Source of the DNA: Oikopleura dioica
Taxonomy: Eukaryota; Animalia; Chordata
DNA length: 64,000 nucleotides
Reading direction: 5' to 3'
Assembly (NCBI GenBank): GCA_907165135.1
Contig: OU015566.1
Span: forward strand, 11,470,001 to 11,534,000
A program made the translations under genes and the position numbers. The notes beneath the pieces were generated by a model, which ran no database searches, was not told the DNA's origin, and was given only the letters and a program-made list of their open reading frames with translations. Shown here piece by piece: positions 22,435-34,748 of this stretch. The first letter of the stretch is position 1. Each line of letters opens with the position of its first letter.

Positions 22435-25400
22435 ATGAATAATGACTCCAATGCGGAGAACATATTGAAATCTGAATTTTCCCTCGACGATGTACAGGTA
22501 AATCTACCACTGCCGTAAATCTACAGTCATTCACTTGCCACTTTTAAGAGTCTATCAAATGCCTATGGGTTAACTCTCGGCCGCAACCGTCGCCCTCAAC
22601 ATCATGTCACGACTTCTGACCATTTTTCTGGTTCCACTCCTGACATTCGCGGCCTCTCGATCGACCCACTCCGAAACAGCTCGATTCAAAGCGACATTTT
22701 AATAAGCAAACTTCGCGAAGAAAATGAACTGCTCAAGAAAGAAGCTTCGATCAAAGAGGCGAAACTTCAATCCAACATCCGCAGCATCCGAACCTTCTGG
22801 TCCCCTGAACTGAAAAAAGAACGAAACACTAGAAAAGAGCATGAAGCGCGGAGCAAGCGGCTGGAGGCCGAACTCCGTGGGCTTCAGGGAGGTGACATGT
22901 CAGAGAATATGCTGCATCGGGAGAATATGGTGCTACGGCGAGCTGTTCAAGACTTGGAAGGTAAGAAATGTTGTGATTGAGTCATTATTAATTTCAAAGA
23001 TTGTGTTTGAAAGCTTGTCTACTTTTGTTTCAGCATGCCTCTACCCGGGGTATTCCCGCAATACCTTCCCGCCGAGAGCGTTTCGTTCGAGGGGTATTAC
23101 CGTGTCTTTATAATGTAGCCTTTTTGTACTCTTACGTGTCTACATACTATTCAACTTTGGATATTATCAAGTAACGCACCAACTTGACGCCAAGCCCGCG
23201 GGTTGTCGAGAGAGTATGATCTTCGTTTTTTATATTATTTAAAAATATATACGCAACCAAATTATTACCTTTCATTTAGTCATGTTTATAATTGATGTGT
23301 TCAGCGCGCGTACAAACCCAGCGAGAAACCTTGGAGGCAAGAGAGATCTCGCTCAGAAGAGCGCTTCAGTTGGCCGCAGCGCATGAGCAGAACCTGTCCG
23401 GCAAGGGCATACAGTCAGAAGAAACCTACAGAGCGCTGCTGAGTATAAAAGACGATAAGATTGCAGCATTGGAGAAATGCGTCAGAGATCTTGGTAAGAA
23501 GATGAATTAAATATTTACCTATAATTGTCTTTAGTAGAATTTTTATCTATGGATAAATTTACTACCTGTTATCGACAAGAGAAGCCCATGAAGCAGACTA
23601 AAGAGTAGATTTGTCGAAAACTAGGAGTCGAGTAAGAGTATTTTGAATAGTTATTGAACTAAGTCCAGCTCTTGCGGCAGAGATCATTGAAATCAAGTAA
23701 GAGGACTTCCCTAACAAACTGTTTTAGAGGAGAATCTAAGAGCATACGAACGCCAGTTTGGATCAGCAACGGGATCACTGCTGCGCTCCAGACGAGGGTT
23801 GAATGACGCAGAAGGCGATCAAATGCTCTGCGCACAGAATAATTATCTCAAGACCAAAGCTGATGGTTTAAAATGCGAGCTGAGCATCAAAGAAGCTGAA
23901 ATTTCGAACTTGAAGACGCGGCTAGAAGCGATGCAGCGCTCGGATCAGGAGACGCGCAACCACTTGGAAGGTACAAATAGGATTCGAATAGCCAGTAGCA
24001 GCGATGATCTTTTCCAAAATCGGGCTCAACCGGGATTTGAACCCGGGACCTCTCGCACCCAAAGCGAGAATCATACCCCTAGACCATTGAGCCTTGAAGG
24101 TGGCCTCCCGGATGTTATCTTTGAAGCATCCTTAGGTAAATATCAGGAGGTTTTGTGTAAATAGACATCCTGATTTTTAACAAGCACGGCTCAATGGTCT
24201 AGGGGTATGATTCTCGCTTTGGGTGCGAGAGGTCCCGGGTTCAAATCCCGGTTGAGCCCGATTTTGGATAAATAAGACCTTCATAAATTTTGTTCTTAAA
24301 ATGACCGTAATAACTTATTTTATTTATTTTATGATCGTGAAGGTAAAGGTTTTTTAACCGTGAAATAAAGTATTCAAGGATAACGGAATTTATTTTTTGA
24401 TGGCCAATAAGATTGTTTTTCGCGGTGCATCATTCAATTTTGCTATTTTACGACTTCTTATTGGACCAGCGACAATATAGTGTCTCGCTGATTTGATGAC
24501 AAATTTTTAATGGCAATGAACTTTTTTGAGGCCAGACATTCTTTTTGGAAATTCTTATTAAAATAGAACATCCGGGAGGTAATTATCAAGGCTCAATGGT
24601 CTAGGGGTATGATTCTCGCTTTGGGTGCGAGAGGTCCCGGGTTCAAATCCCGGTTGAGACCTGTTTTGGCTAAAATCAACCTTTTTATCAATAAAAATCG
24701 ACTTCAATTAATGTCACCGAGTCATAAATTCATTTTTAGCCGTTCGGGAATCTCTCAATGCCAAAACAAGCCGTTGTGTGCAGCTTCAATCTGAAAACGA
24801 ACGACTACGAGCAAAGCAAACTGACTCCTACAATTATTCGTCTCCTCAACGAACCGTCGAACGACCACTCTCCCACGAACTCGAGGTGAAAGAGCATCAA
24901 ATCAAGCTGCTCAAAAGTCGCTATGAAAATCTCGAACTTCAACTGGCCGATAAAGACAGACGGCTACTCGAGCTTGAGGAGAAAATAAACCATGCGAATG
25001 GAATTTCCTCTAGGGATGAAAAATCGAGTGCAGAAGCAAGGGTTGCTATGAAAGCGTTAGAAGATGCTCTTAGCGACAAGGATGAAGCTATGAAAAGGTT
25101 GGTCGACAACCGTTCTTTTGAATATTCATAAATTTTAGGGAGAGGACTCGATACGAGAAAGAGCTTAAGGAAGAACGAAACCGCCGCATCGAGCTTCAAT
25201 CCCAACTCGACAACCCCGAAGAAAACGAGCGAGAAAAGATGGAGATGCGCCTCGAAATCCAAAAGCTTCAAGCGCAGTGTCAGATGGGCCAGCAAGCCCT
25301 ACAAGACCAGGATCAAAGGGCGGCTAAAGCAGAAGCTCTCCACGCTCGTCTCAAGGGACAAATGGAAGAGATCTTAAATGTAAGCTCAACCTTTGAGCTG

Positions 25401-25742
25401 TTCCATCAACAGTTGTTTTCAGGATTTCGACCAAACCAAGAATGCTTACACAGTTCTCCAGCAAAAATTCAATCAGGTACGGCATTGCCTCAAATTTCAT
25501 ATCTTCATTCTTTTCAAGCTCCGACGGTCACGAGAAAAGGATGAAAAGATCCTGATGAGTGCCAAACGTGAAACTGCCACTCACTGTCTCAACGAACTTG
25601 AAATTCGAGCCGAATTGCTCGAAATAAAAGGAAAGAAAGCCGAAGCAAAGCAAGGTAATTCGCCTATCTCTTCCTTGATTTCAATGGCCAATTTTCAGTT
25701 CGAGATAAACGAGCGCAGCTTCAAGCTCAATATAAACTTTAA
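22435..25742 (+). CDS. ERC1: ELKS/CAST active-zone coiled-coil protein
   Basis: Diagnostic KLQSNIRSIRTFWSPELKKER and RVQTQRETLEARE. The multi-exon coiled-coil frame ends TAA 25740-25742. The start codon is less certain. Confidence 0.85.
24022..24093 (-). tRNA. trnP-TGG: tRNA-Pro(TGG), inside an ERC1 intron
   Basis: Reverse complement of the standard 72-nt tRNA-Pro, GGCTCAATGGTCTAGGGGTATG...TTGAGCCC. Confidence 0.95.
24188..24259 (+). tRNA. trnP-TGG: tRNA-Pro(TGG), inside an ERC1 intron
   Basis: 72 nt, anticodon arm CTCGC-TTTGGGT-GCGAG, identical to the minus-strand copy. Confidence 0.95.
24590..24661 (+). tRNA. trnP-TGG: tRNA-Pro(TGG) variant with an acceptor-stem mismatch
   Basis: Identical to the other copies except the 3' end, TTGAGACC versus TTGAGCCC, giving a G2:A71 mismatch. 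Confidence 0.8.
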
Positions 25743-26092
25743 CCGACAACTACAACGAATCTAAATCCGACAGCATACGACTGGCCGAGCTTACCTCTAA
25801 ATCGCACATGACTTCAAAATTGCCTTCTCAACTTTCCACGACTCTGTTTTCCTCCATTCTTATTAACTCTATTTAAATACACTTACCTAAAAGAAAAAAT
25901 AATGAATCAAACAAACCTGAAGCTTCAAAGCTTCGAAATTTCAGTTTCAACCGAATCAAGTCAAAAAATATCTCGTTTTCAGCAGTTAACCATGTCATTT
26001 ATTTCAACAATATGAAGAATCCTGCATTATCTATTTTACGATTATAAACTTTGAAAATTTGCAGCACTTTCACTCAGTAATACCACCCTAGA

Positions 26093-27595
26093 ATGAAAAA
26101 GTTCTTTGAAAAAATCAAGAAAGATTATAAATATAAGAAAGCAGGGACAGGGCGACGCCTAGACGAGGAACGACCTCAAGTTACTCCTAAATCTTCGTCC
26201 ACGGTAAATTTATGATTGAACAAGGCATCTGTGACGCATGTTTGATAGTCGACTGGTTCTGCAGGTTCATCAACTCGCGAATATGGAACTTCAGCCGCTA
26301 ATGCACAAGCTGCTGCCGCAGCGATAGCTCGGCTAGAGAAGAAAATGATGCCAGGAGGATCTTCTTCGAATATGAATAGAGCCACCCTCAGGGCGGCTAG
26401 GGAACAAAACGATCGGGCTAAACAGGTCTCTTGTGAATTATTTTTGCCCTCTTTTAAAAATAATTTTAGGGAGATAAAGCCCTGGTGGACTCTCTTCAAG
26501 CTCCAGAAGAAAAGAAAATCGAGGCTGCAAAGGTCTTGAGCGTTGATGGAATTTACTACACGTGTCCATTGAGTGGAGAAGTCATACCAAAAAGTGACTA
26601 TATCTCGTATCTGGAGGCATTTTTAAATTCCCTCGAGCCGGTTCCCTCCATGGAAACATCGGTAGTCAAGATAATGTGTCTGAATACTCACCGAGGTAAG
26701 ATCTTAACAGTATCTTTATTTGTCTAAAAGGTTTCCTTCAGAAAATCGAGAAAAAGCGATTGAAATAATCGGCAAATACCTAAACAACATCAAATCTAAT
26801 CCAGACGAGGAAAAATACAAGAAAATCAAATGGAATCACAAACTCTTCCAAGAAAAAGTTCACTCTCAAAAAGGCTCCACAGATTTTCTCAAAAGCATAG
26901 GCTGGGTTGAAGAAACATTGGAGGGCATTCCATTCTTGATTTTTAAAGGAACACTGGAGAATATTGGCCAAGGACTAATTGCACTTCAAACTGATGAAAT
27001 TCCAAGACCTACGTTGCACCGAATGCCAAAATTATTGACACCTACTGATGGTCAACAACGAGTTGAACTTCCCGTACGTATGACTTTTGAATTCTTTGAT
27101 TATTTTTTCCACAGGATGATTTCTTCAAAATAACTGGCAATGAGTTGAAAAAGAGCCAAGCTGATAAGAATATTCAATCGCAACAGTTAGACATGCTTAT
27201 GACAAAAAAGATGCGTGAGGATGCAGCATTGTTGAATAAACGGACGTATTGCTACAGTTTGATACGCATTCGCATGCCGGATTCTAACTATTTACAGGTA
27301 AATTAATCCTCAAGAATTTCCTAAATAAAAATGTAAAAAGGGAACATTCAATGTCTACGAAAAAGCATCGACCATCATCGATTTCATGAAAGAAAACATC
27401 ATCGAGGACTTCAACTGGGTCCCCTTCAAACTTCGATCCGCAGATGGCACCTTTATCTTCCTTGAAAATACTGAAGTCCTCGAAAAAACTTTGGTCGAAC
27501 TTTCTCTTGTTCCAAGCGCTACTTTGACGTTTTGCTTCTACGACGATGATATTCGCGAGCAGCTTCCGCGACAGCTCGTCAAGGATCTGTCTTAA
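26093..27595 (+). CDS. UBXN6: UBX domain protein 6 (PUB plus UBX, p97 cofactor)
   Basis: N-terminus MKKFFEKIKKDYKYKKAGTGRRL; PUB domain IGKYLNNIKSNPDEEKYKKIK..N..FQEKV; UBX domain IRMPDSNYLQG.F...E, LVPSATLTF. Confidence 0.88.
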
Positions 27596-27719
27596 TTTGC
27601 ATGTCAAACAATTTTTTTTTTCACTTTCTTCAACACACCACTTTTAACTGCAATAACATGTTTAATCAAGTTCCGCATGATCTCGTTTTTAACCTTTCTT
27701 CTTAGAACAAAAAAAAAAG

Positions 27720-28108
27720 ATGCACCCGACAACGATTCTCCGAGAAATCGAGCTTGAAAATGAACCGGTAGCACTTTCGATTATGAAATTTGCCGAGGAG
27801 ACATTAGTGACAATTTCCGACAATGGAACGTTCGGAGCTTTCCATGATATAGACATCGCAGAAATGCGCCCTGGAAAAGAACCTCTAATAACTATCAAAC
27901 CCTTCTTCGGATACAGTGATGATTTCACCAAGGTAAAAGGAGATATTTTGGCGAGGCTAAAATGAATATTTAGGTTGTTTGTCGGAACTTGGCAACGAGT
28001 TTGCAAGTCAAGAACAAGTTGATGATCTCAATTGGGCTCAAGCAAGAGAAAGTCAACAAGCAAAACTTGGATCTTCTCAAACTTGAATTGTCGGACATGC
28101 TCTCTTAA
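27720..28108 (+). CDS. PSMG3: Proteasome assembly chaperone 3
   Basis: Two exons. Size and pattern (F.EETLVTISDNGTFG...ITIKPFFG.....KVVCRNLA.....NKLMISIGLK) fit PAC3. Confidence 0.7.
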
Positions 28109-28262
28109 ATAAAGAGTCTCAATATTTTTCTCTGTCATTTTATCATTTTGTAAATTTACCGGGATGCCGGTGCTTTGAATTGTACCAATGCAGCAATTTA
28201 TTTCAGTGTCCAGCAAAGCCTTATTTTTCCACAAATTTGATATTTAAGAAAGGCGTTGTCGA

Positions 28263-28867
28263 ATGTCTAGCCACCGGTCCGGCTCAACGCTCACTCATAC
28301 CAGACTGGGCAAGTTGGGCCAGGAGTTGCTCTCGGAGATCGTAGAGAAAATGACCGAAGGTTTTAATTTTTTCAATTTCCCATCTTTCAACGAACGTTTA
28401 GTTTGCGAAAAGTTCCGAGATGTTTCTGGCTCATCCTTTCTCGCTTCGGTTTCGCAAGTGTCTTCTACCGAGAGAGAGATGCAACGACGAAGGATTCTGG
28501 AGCACAGGAGAGTCATAAATCATCATTTCGGAGTGTTGTCGATGATTTATCGAAAGTTGAGCGACCGGATTCCATGTAAAGAAACTAGCTTGAAGGGACT
28601 CATCCCTTTGATCGTAAGTTAGGGTTTGTCATTCTTTGTTGAAAACTGTTAAAGGACGGAGAGAATGTAAAAGAGCCTCAAAGAACAAAGCAAATTGAGG
28701 AGCTCCGTGCTGAGCGAGATCGACTTCGAGTCATTGTTCAGATGAAATCTGAGCAGATGGGAGAGGCGCTCAGAATCATGCGTCTTTTGCTTCAAGACAT
28801 CAACATTGATTCTGGATGCAAAGTTGAGTCTCGCCCAAAGGTCGGCATCAACCCAATGAAAAACTGA
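28263..28867 (+). CDS. MED30: Mediator subunit 30 paralog A
   Basis: LGKLGQELLSEIVEKMTE plus C-terminal EELRAERDRL...KSEQM.EAL.IMRLLLQDIN. The first intron is at the same position as in paralogs B and C. Confidence 0.65.
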
Positions 28868-29143
28868 ATGATAGCCATTTTTGCCCAACTTCCAAAAAAG
28901 GTCGTTTCTTCCTAATTTTGGCAGTTCGATTCTCTTTCGTCTCTTTTTTAATTTTGAAATTCAAAGTTTTTTCTGCCCATTTTCAGTATCTCAATTTCCT
29001 TCACAGCCACTTTTTCTTTCAATGTTACCTCTTTTTCCACTTCAGTTCCTACATCGTATTCTTCCTTTTACGTATGATTATTCTGCTATATTATATAGCC
29101 TATATGTCCCTAATTGAAATCTATTATTTCTTTATTTTAAGAA

Positions 29144-29737
29144 ATGAGCGATGAAATCGCGCAGATCAAACAAAGATATTCCCAACTGAAGCTTTGCAAA
29201 TTGGCCAGAGATTTTCTCCATGAGATCGTCCTAATCATGCATCAAGGTAGGGTTAAACTCGTGGTGTAAGAGGCCTCAGTTTGGAAAATCCTAGTCGCTT
29301 CGTATCATCGAAGATTTCGAGAGGACATCATCAAAAGCGATCGAAAAGGATACACTGACGTAGCGTTCAAAAATCTCAAAACTTTGCACCAACACATGCG
29401 CCAACATTTCCAGTAAGAATCATCCTCCTCATTCCTCTTATCGTACTAAATTTTCAGCAAACTTTCCCTCGTCTACTCTGCCATCGACGAAGAAAACGCA
29501 GCCGCCCTTCATAACGACCTGAAATCTTCAATATCCTTTCTTCCCAAACAACCTCAAGAGCCAGCGCTAGAATCAGAGCTCGAGAAAAAGCTGAGATCAG
29601 AGCGCGACGAGCTCCTAAAAGTCCGAGACCAGAAAAACGCCCAAATGCACGATGCAATCAAACTGATGCGCTTGCTCATGGGCGACTTGAATGAACCAGA
29701 CCTGTCGCCGCAAAATACTCAAAATCCAAAGCTTTGA
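29144..29737 (+). CDS. MED30: Mediator subunit 30 paralog B (most divergent)
   Basis: LCKLARDFLHEIVLIMHQ plus KLRSERDELL..RDQKNAQM.DAIKLMRLLMGDLN. The frame is intact across two GT-AG introns. Confidence 0.6.
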
Positions 29738-29876
29738 CTAATTTTTAATTGAAAATTGTGCCTTCCAAAATAGTTCCCATCCTCAACATTCTTTCAATTT
29801 CAAAATCAATTTCCAATCGCAAAAAACTACCCTCGTTCTAAATTGGAACTTCCAATCTCTATTCAGACTCAAAAGA

Positions 29877-30656
29877 ATGTCGCAGTCTCCTGGCTACCAA
29901 ACGGCGATGGCACCAAGACCCATGCAAAATCAAGCTCCTCAGAGTCCCGCCGCCCAAACTGGCGCTCCGAATGCTCAAAACGCTCAAGCCCAAAATTCTC
30001 AGCAACAAAACCCACAGCAGCAGCAGCAACAAGGACAATCCAGGAGCTCCAGCATCACGAGTATTCAGCTATGCCAGATGGCGACCGAATTGATTTCCGA
30101 AATTGTCTCTCGAACAACTGAACGTAAAGTACTAATGATCTTACTTTTCACGCTCAAATTCTAGTGTGCACCTTTTTTCGAACTGTCCAAGTTCCGACTG
30201 GTTCAAAAATGGCCAAGCACGTGTCGATTGATCGAAGAAAACGAATGGTGGAAGGAAATAAAGCGATTCAAAACCATTTTGTGTAAGTACAGAGTTTCAG
30301 TTTACTGTTGTATCTGAATTTTTAGAACACTTAATGTTATCCACCACAGATTGCAAGAGCAACTCCAAGATGACGAAGAAATTCCTTTTGATTTGAAGTC
30401 GCTTATTCCTTACGTGGTAAGTCTAAAAATGACAGGTTGAATATTCTGTAATACTCAAATTCAGGAGAACGCGGAAGTAGTGGAAAAGAACGAAACGCAA
30501 GAAATCCTCGATCTCAAAGCCCAGCGCGATCAGCTCCTGATCATCAACGACCAGAAAAATCAACAAATGCTGGAGACCATGAAAATCATGCGCTTGATCC
30601 TGCAAGATATCAACATGGATATCAAACCCGACGTTATCCGCCCCGACGGAAGATGA
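29877..30656 (+). CDS. MED30: Mediator subunit 30 paralog C (most canonical, Q-rich N-terminus)
   Basis: SIQLCQMATELISEIVSRTTE (human MED30, recalled: ASLCRIGQETVQDIVYRTME), VPTG, and DQKNQQMLETMKIMRLILQDIN. Confidence 0.78.
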
Positions 30657-30835
30657 AGAATAGAACTTTCTTTCAAAAGAACTAAAATTGATCTCTCACT
30701 CGCCACTCTCCCCTATTCTTAGCACTGCACAAGCGTTACCTATCCATGATCAAAGTACTACGGAATACAGTTGCGTCCTTCCAAAACATTTAGTAGAACT
30801 ATTTATTGAAATTGTAGATCTCGAGTCGGACTCAA

Positions 30836-32186
30836 ATGAGTTTTTCGGAAATTATCAACATCTCTGCGGGGGTACCCTTTATGCGTTCTCAGGCGAGAAT
30901 TCTGATGAGAAACAAGTACATTTTGTTCTTGGGAGATTCTGTTCAGGGAAAAGGTTGTCTAATTTTACCTAATCAAAGGGCTCGAAAAAGATTCATTTAG
31001 ATAATCCGAGATTTCGATTGGTGAAAGCTCTTTTTTGACACTTTTGATAGGTCGAAAATTATTTTTCTGTAGAAGCCTTTTTGAAGAGAGCATTTTACAA
31101 AGATTTCGTGGCGATGCTCCACAACGGAATGATGCTTACGTCCAAGGAAATCCGCGAAGCATCGGAGTACTCTTTCCGCCAAGATCGAGTTCTATTCACG
31201 ACGGAGAAGCACAACGGAAAAGAATACTGCGAAATCCGCGAGTACAAGGGAATCCAGCCAAACGCCAAGGAAGAAAAAGAAAAGCAAGTCGAAGCGAGAT
31301 GGAAAGACAAGTTCCTGGTTCGATTCGCTTTCATCACAAGAATTTGGGACGAGAATGAAAACGGAGCCAATCGAATCAAAGATATTCTCGACATTTTGAC
31401 AAAGGATGTCTTCCCAGATGTCATCGTTGTCAATTCTCTGTTCTGGGATGTGGAAAAGTACCGCGACAGTTGGATCAGCGAGGAAAGATGCTTTGAAAAA
31501 TACTCGAAGAATATGCACGAATTCTTGGGATACTTCAATGAGATCCAAATCAAGGCGATTCGGGAAGAGAGGCTGAAGAAACCGACGGTGAAGATTTGGA
31601 GGTCGTCGATGAATATTAGCAATTATGCGAGATCGGGGTTTATTGATGCTTCGACGAACACGGAGTTTTTGAAAGACAAAATTGATAAAGCCAACGCTTC
31701 AAATATCAAAATCGTAAAAGGTACAGAAAGTCAAGAAGCCTCTTAATTCGAGGAATAATTCGTAAAAGCCGCGCTTCGCGCAGATCATTTTTAACTGGAA
31801 GCCTCTTACTTTCGATAAATTTGACTTGTAGATAATGGATGGGATCTACTGGACGCTCATTATCTGATGGAACCTTCAGTGGAAATCTTCCGCGCGGCTG
31901 ATGGAATTCACTGGACTCCATCCGCACACAGGTTTCTGACTTGCGCTCTTCTTTCCCACATCGCGCTGGCTACAGGAGAGGGGCTTCCCAACTTGCCGAC
32001 GAATGTAAAGCTCAAGAACGGATTGACGAGAATGTCGGCCGATGAATATAATGACATGGTGAAGAATTATTCTGATGATGTTGAAGTTCCAGGAAAGGAT
32101 CGAAGAATTTTCAGGTTAAAAACACATTTTTCACGGATAAATTTGCGATCCTCGAAAAAGAGTTCAACCCTGCATTCGAAGACTAA
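30836..32186 (+). CDS. PCED1: PC-esterase domain protein (FAM113/PCED1, SGNH fold)
   Basis: NKYILFLGDSVQRAFYKDFV, PDVIVVNSLFWD, DLLDAHY, DGIHWTPSAHRFL. Requires a GG-donor intron (30947-31086) and a GA-donor intron (32093-32160). Confidence 0.85.
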
Positions 32187-32519
32187 ATTTCCCCGTTGAT
32201 TTTCGCATCACTAAAATCGTACGCGCATTCCGCCCGTGACTGAGACGACGCGACCAATCAGCGTGCAGCTCGAGGCGCCCACTCCAATCGCCGCGTTAGT
32301 GAAAATCTTTCTCCGTTTTTTCCTCCGGGAAGCTTCTCTTCCCTTAATTTTTGACTGCAAGAGATGGCAAGAAGCAATTTTCAAAGAGAGAAAATCTCCT
32401 CTTCAGGGTTCCTATCGAAAACTTTAGCGCTAACTTGTGAATTTTGATTAGAAAACCACTGCCAATTGAAAAAACTTTGATGAAAAACCTATTCCTAAAT
32501 TTTTTAGACTGAAGTCGGC

Positions 32520-33242
<723 letters not shown>

Positions 33243-33423
33243 ACTGTTCTTGGATTGTCTCTTACTGCCCTCCGGTGGAGATACTTCTCGAATGTTCTAT
33301 TTCTCTTGTGAGATAATAAACTGTCACCAGGAGAAAATATTACTTTCTGAGAACATTAAAAAATCTTCAAAAAAGCCCATTTTTGAATCTTTTTTCATTT
33401 CAGACCGTATCGGATAGTCAAAT

Positions 33424-33891
33424 ATGCCATTGAAGGTCGACCTTCTCAACCCCTCTCTCGACTCTCAGAGACGATGCCACAAGAAGAAGCGGTTAGTGCA
33501 GAGCCCCAACTCCTACTTCATGGATGTTAAATGCCCAGGCTGCTACAAGATCAAGGTATTTTAGAGGAAAAATCAGAGCTTCAGAGGCGCCCCAAATTGT
33601 TATTTTTGAGCCCTTCGGAAACGAGCTCAAATCAACTGATCCACATCAGTTCTTGCCAGGAGATCTTTCCGGTCCATTTTCCCATCATTTCTGAAAATGA
33701 CGCTGGGCGATTCTTACTGCGCAATGTTCGCTCTCGAGCAATACTTCTCAACCTTTCTAGTGACTTGCATTTAGACCGTCTTCTCCCACGCTCAGGTCCC
33801 CTCCGTGTGCACCGGCTGCCACATGGTCCTCTGCCGACCAACTGGTGGTAAAGCTCGACTTACCCAGGGCTGCCAATTCCGAAAGAAGTAA
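33424..33891 (+). CDS. RPS27: 40S ribosomal protein eS27
   Basis: [10 protein letters not shown]...[25 protein letters not shown]|TVFSHAQ...[21 protein letters not shown]. Intron 33556-33774. Confidence 0.98.
33657..33719 (+). other. Conserved intronic hairpin, copy 2 (RPS27 intron)
   Basis: CAGGAGATCTTTCCGGTC-CATTTTC...GAAAATG-AC-GCTGGGCGATTCTTACTG. The inserted segment is itself a perfect 7-bp stem. Confidence 0.75.
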
Positions 33892-34748
33892 ATTCCAAAA
33901 GAATGAAACCCGGAGCATCGATTGGACAGAGCTCATAAACTGTAACCATGATTGTTCCACTATAATCTTTCCGGAATAAAAAAAAAACTCATAAAAACTG
34001 TCAAGATTTTCAAAAATCCTTGAAATGAAATCTTTCTTTGTTGTTTTCTTTCTAGATAGTCTTTCATTTTACGTTTATGTTGATTGCAGGCAGCGAACTG
34101 TGCTAGTTATGAGAAGTTATTTTTACAAACCGTAGTAAATAATTTAATCTGAAATACAAATTCAATCTTCTGTAAATCAAAAAGCCGCCTTGAGGAAATT
34201 TTTCAAAAAGCCGTGTTGAGCGCGGCTACTGTCTCAGTTGCTCAAAGCCGCTAGTGACTTCGCGATTTCTATAATAACAAAAACAGCTCAGCTTTCTAGT
34301 CATCAGCCAAGTTAATCCATTTTCTTGTAAATCTGCATTTGGTTCAACAAAAAAAAACTGAAAGAAAAGCTGACCATAGACTGGTATAAGCAAGTTATTG
34401 TTAGAATTCAGCGAGTCTCAGAGAGGTACTCCTGTTTTATATCCTTGATTAGTTTCAAAAAGTAGTTCAATCAAAGCCAAATGCCTCGTAAAATAATTCT
34501 CCGACAGGTCAATAAAAATTTATGCCAATTTTGAGTGTCCGGCCTGATCAGCCCATTCTTGCTTGCTCCGACAAATCTAAAAATCAATTGTTAGCCTTAC
34601 TGCCAGAGAGGAATGGTTATTGTCCCGTATCCATGGCGAGACTTCCATTACACCTCACCTTGCATAAGACGCATCGATGGAAAGAATAAAAAATGATTTT
34701 TTAGAAAATTGAGAATTGGACAAATAGAGATTCGAGAATCAGCAAAAA

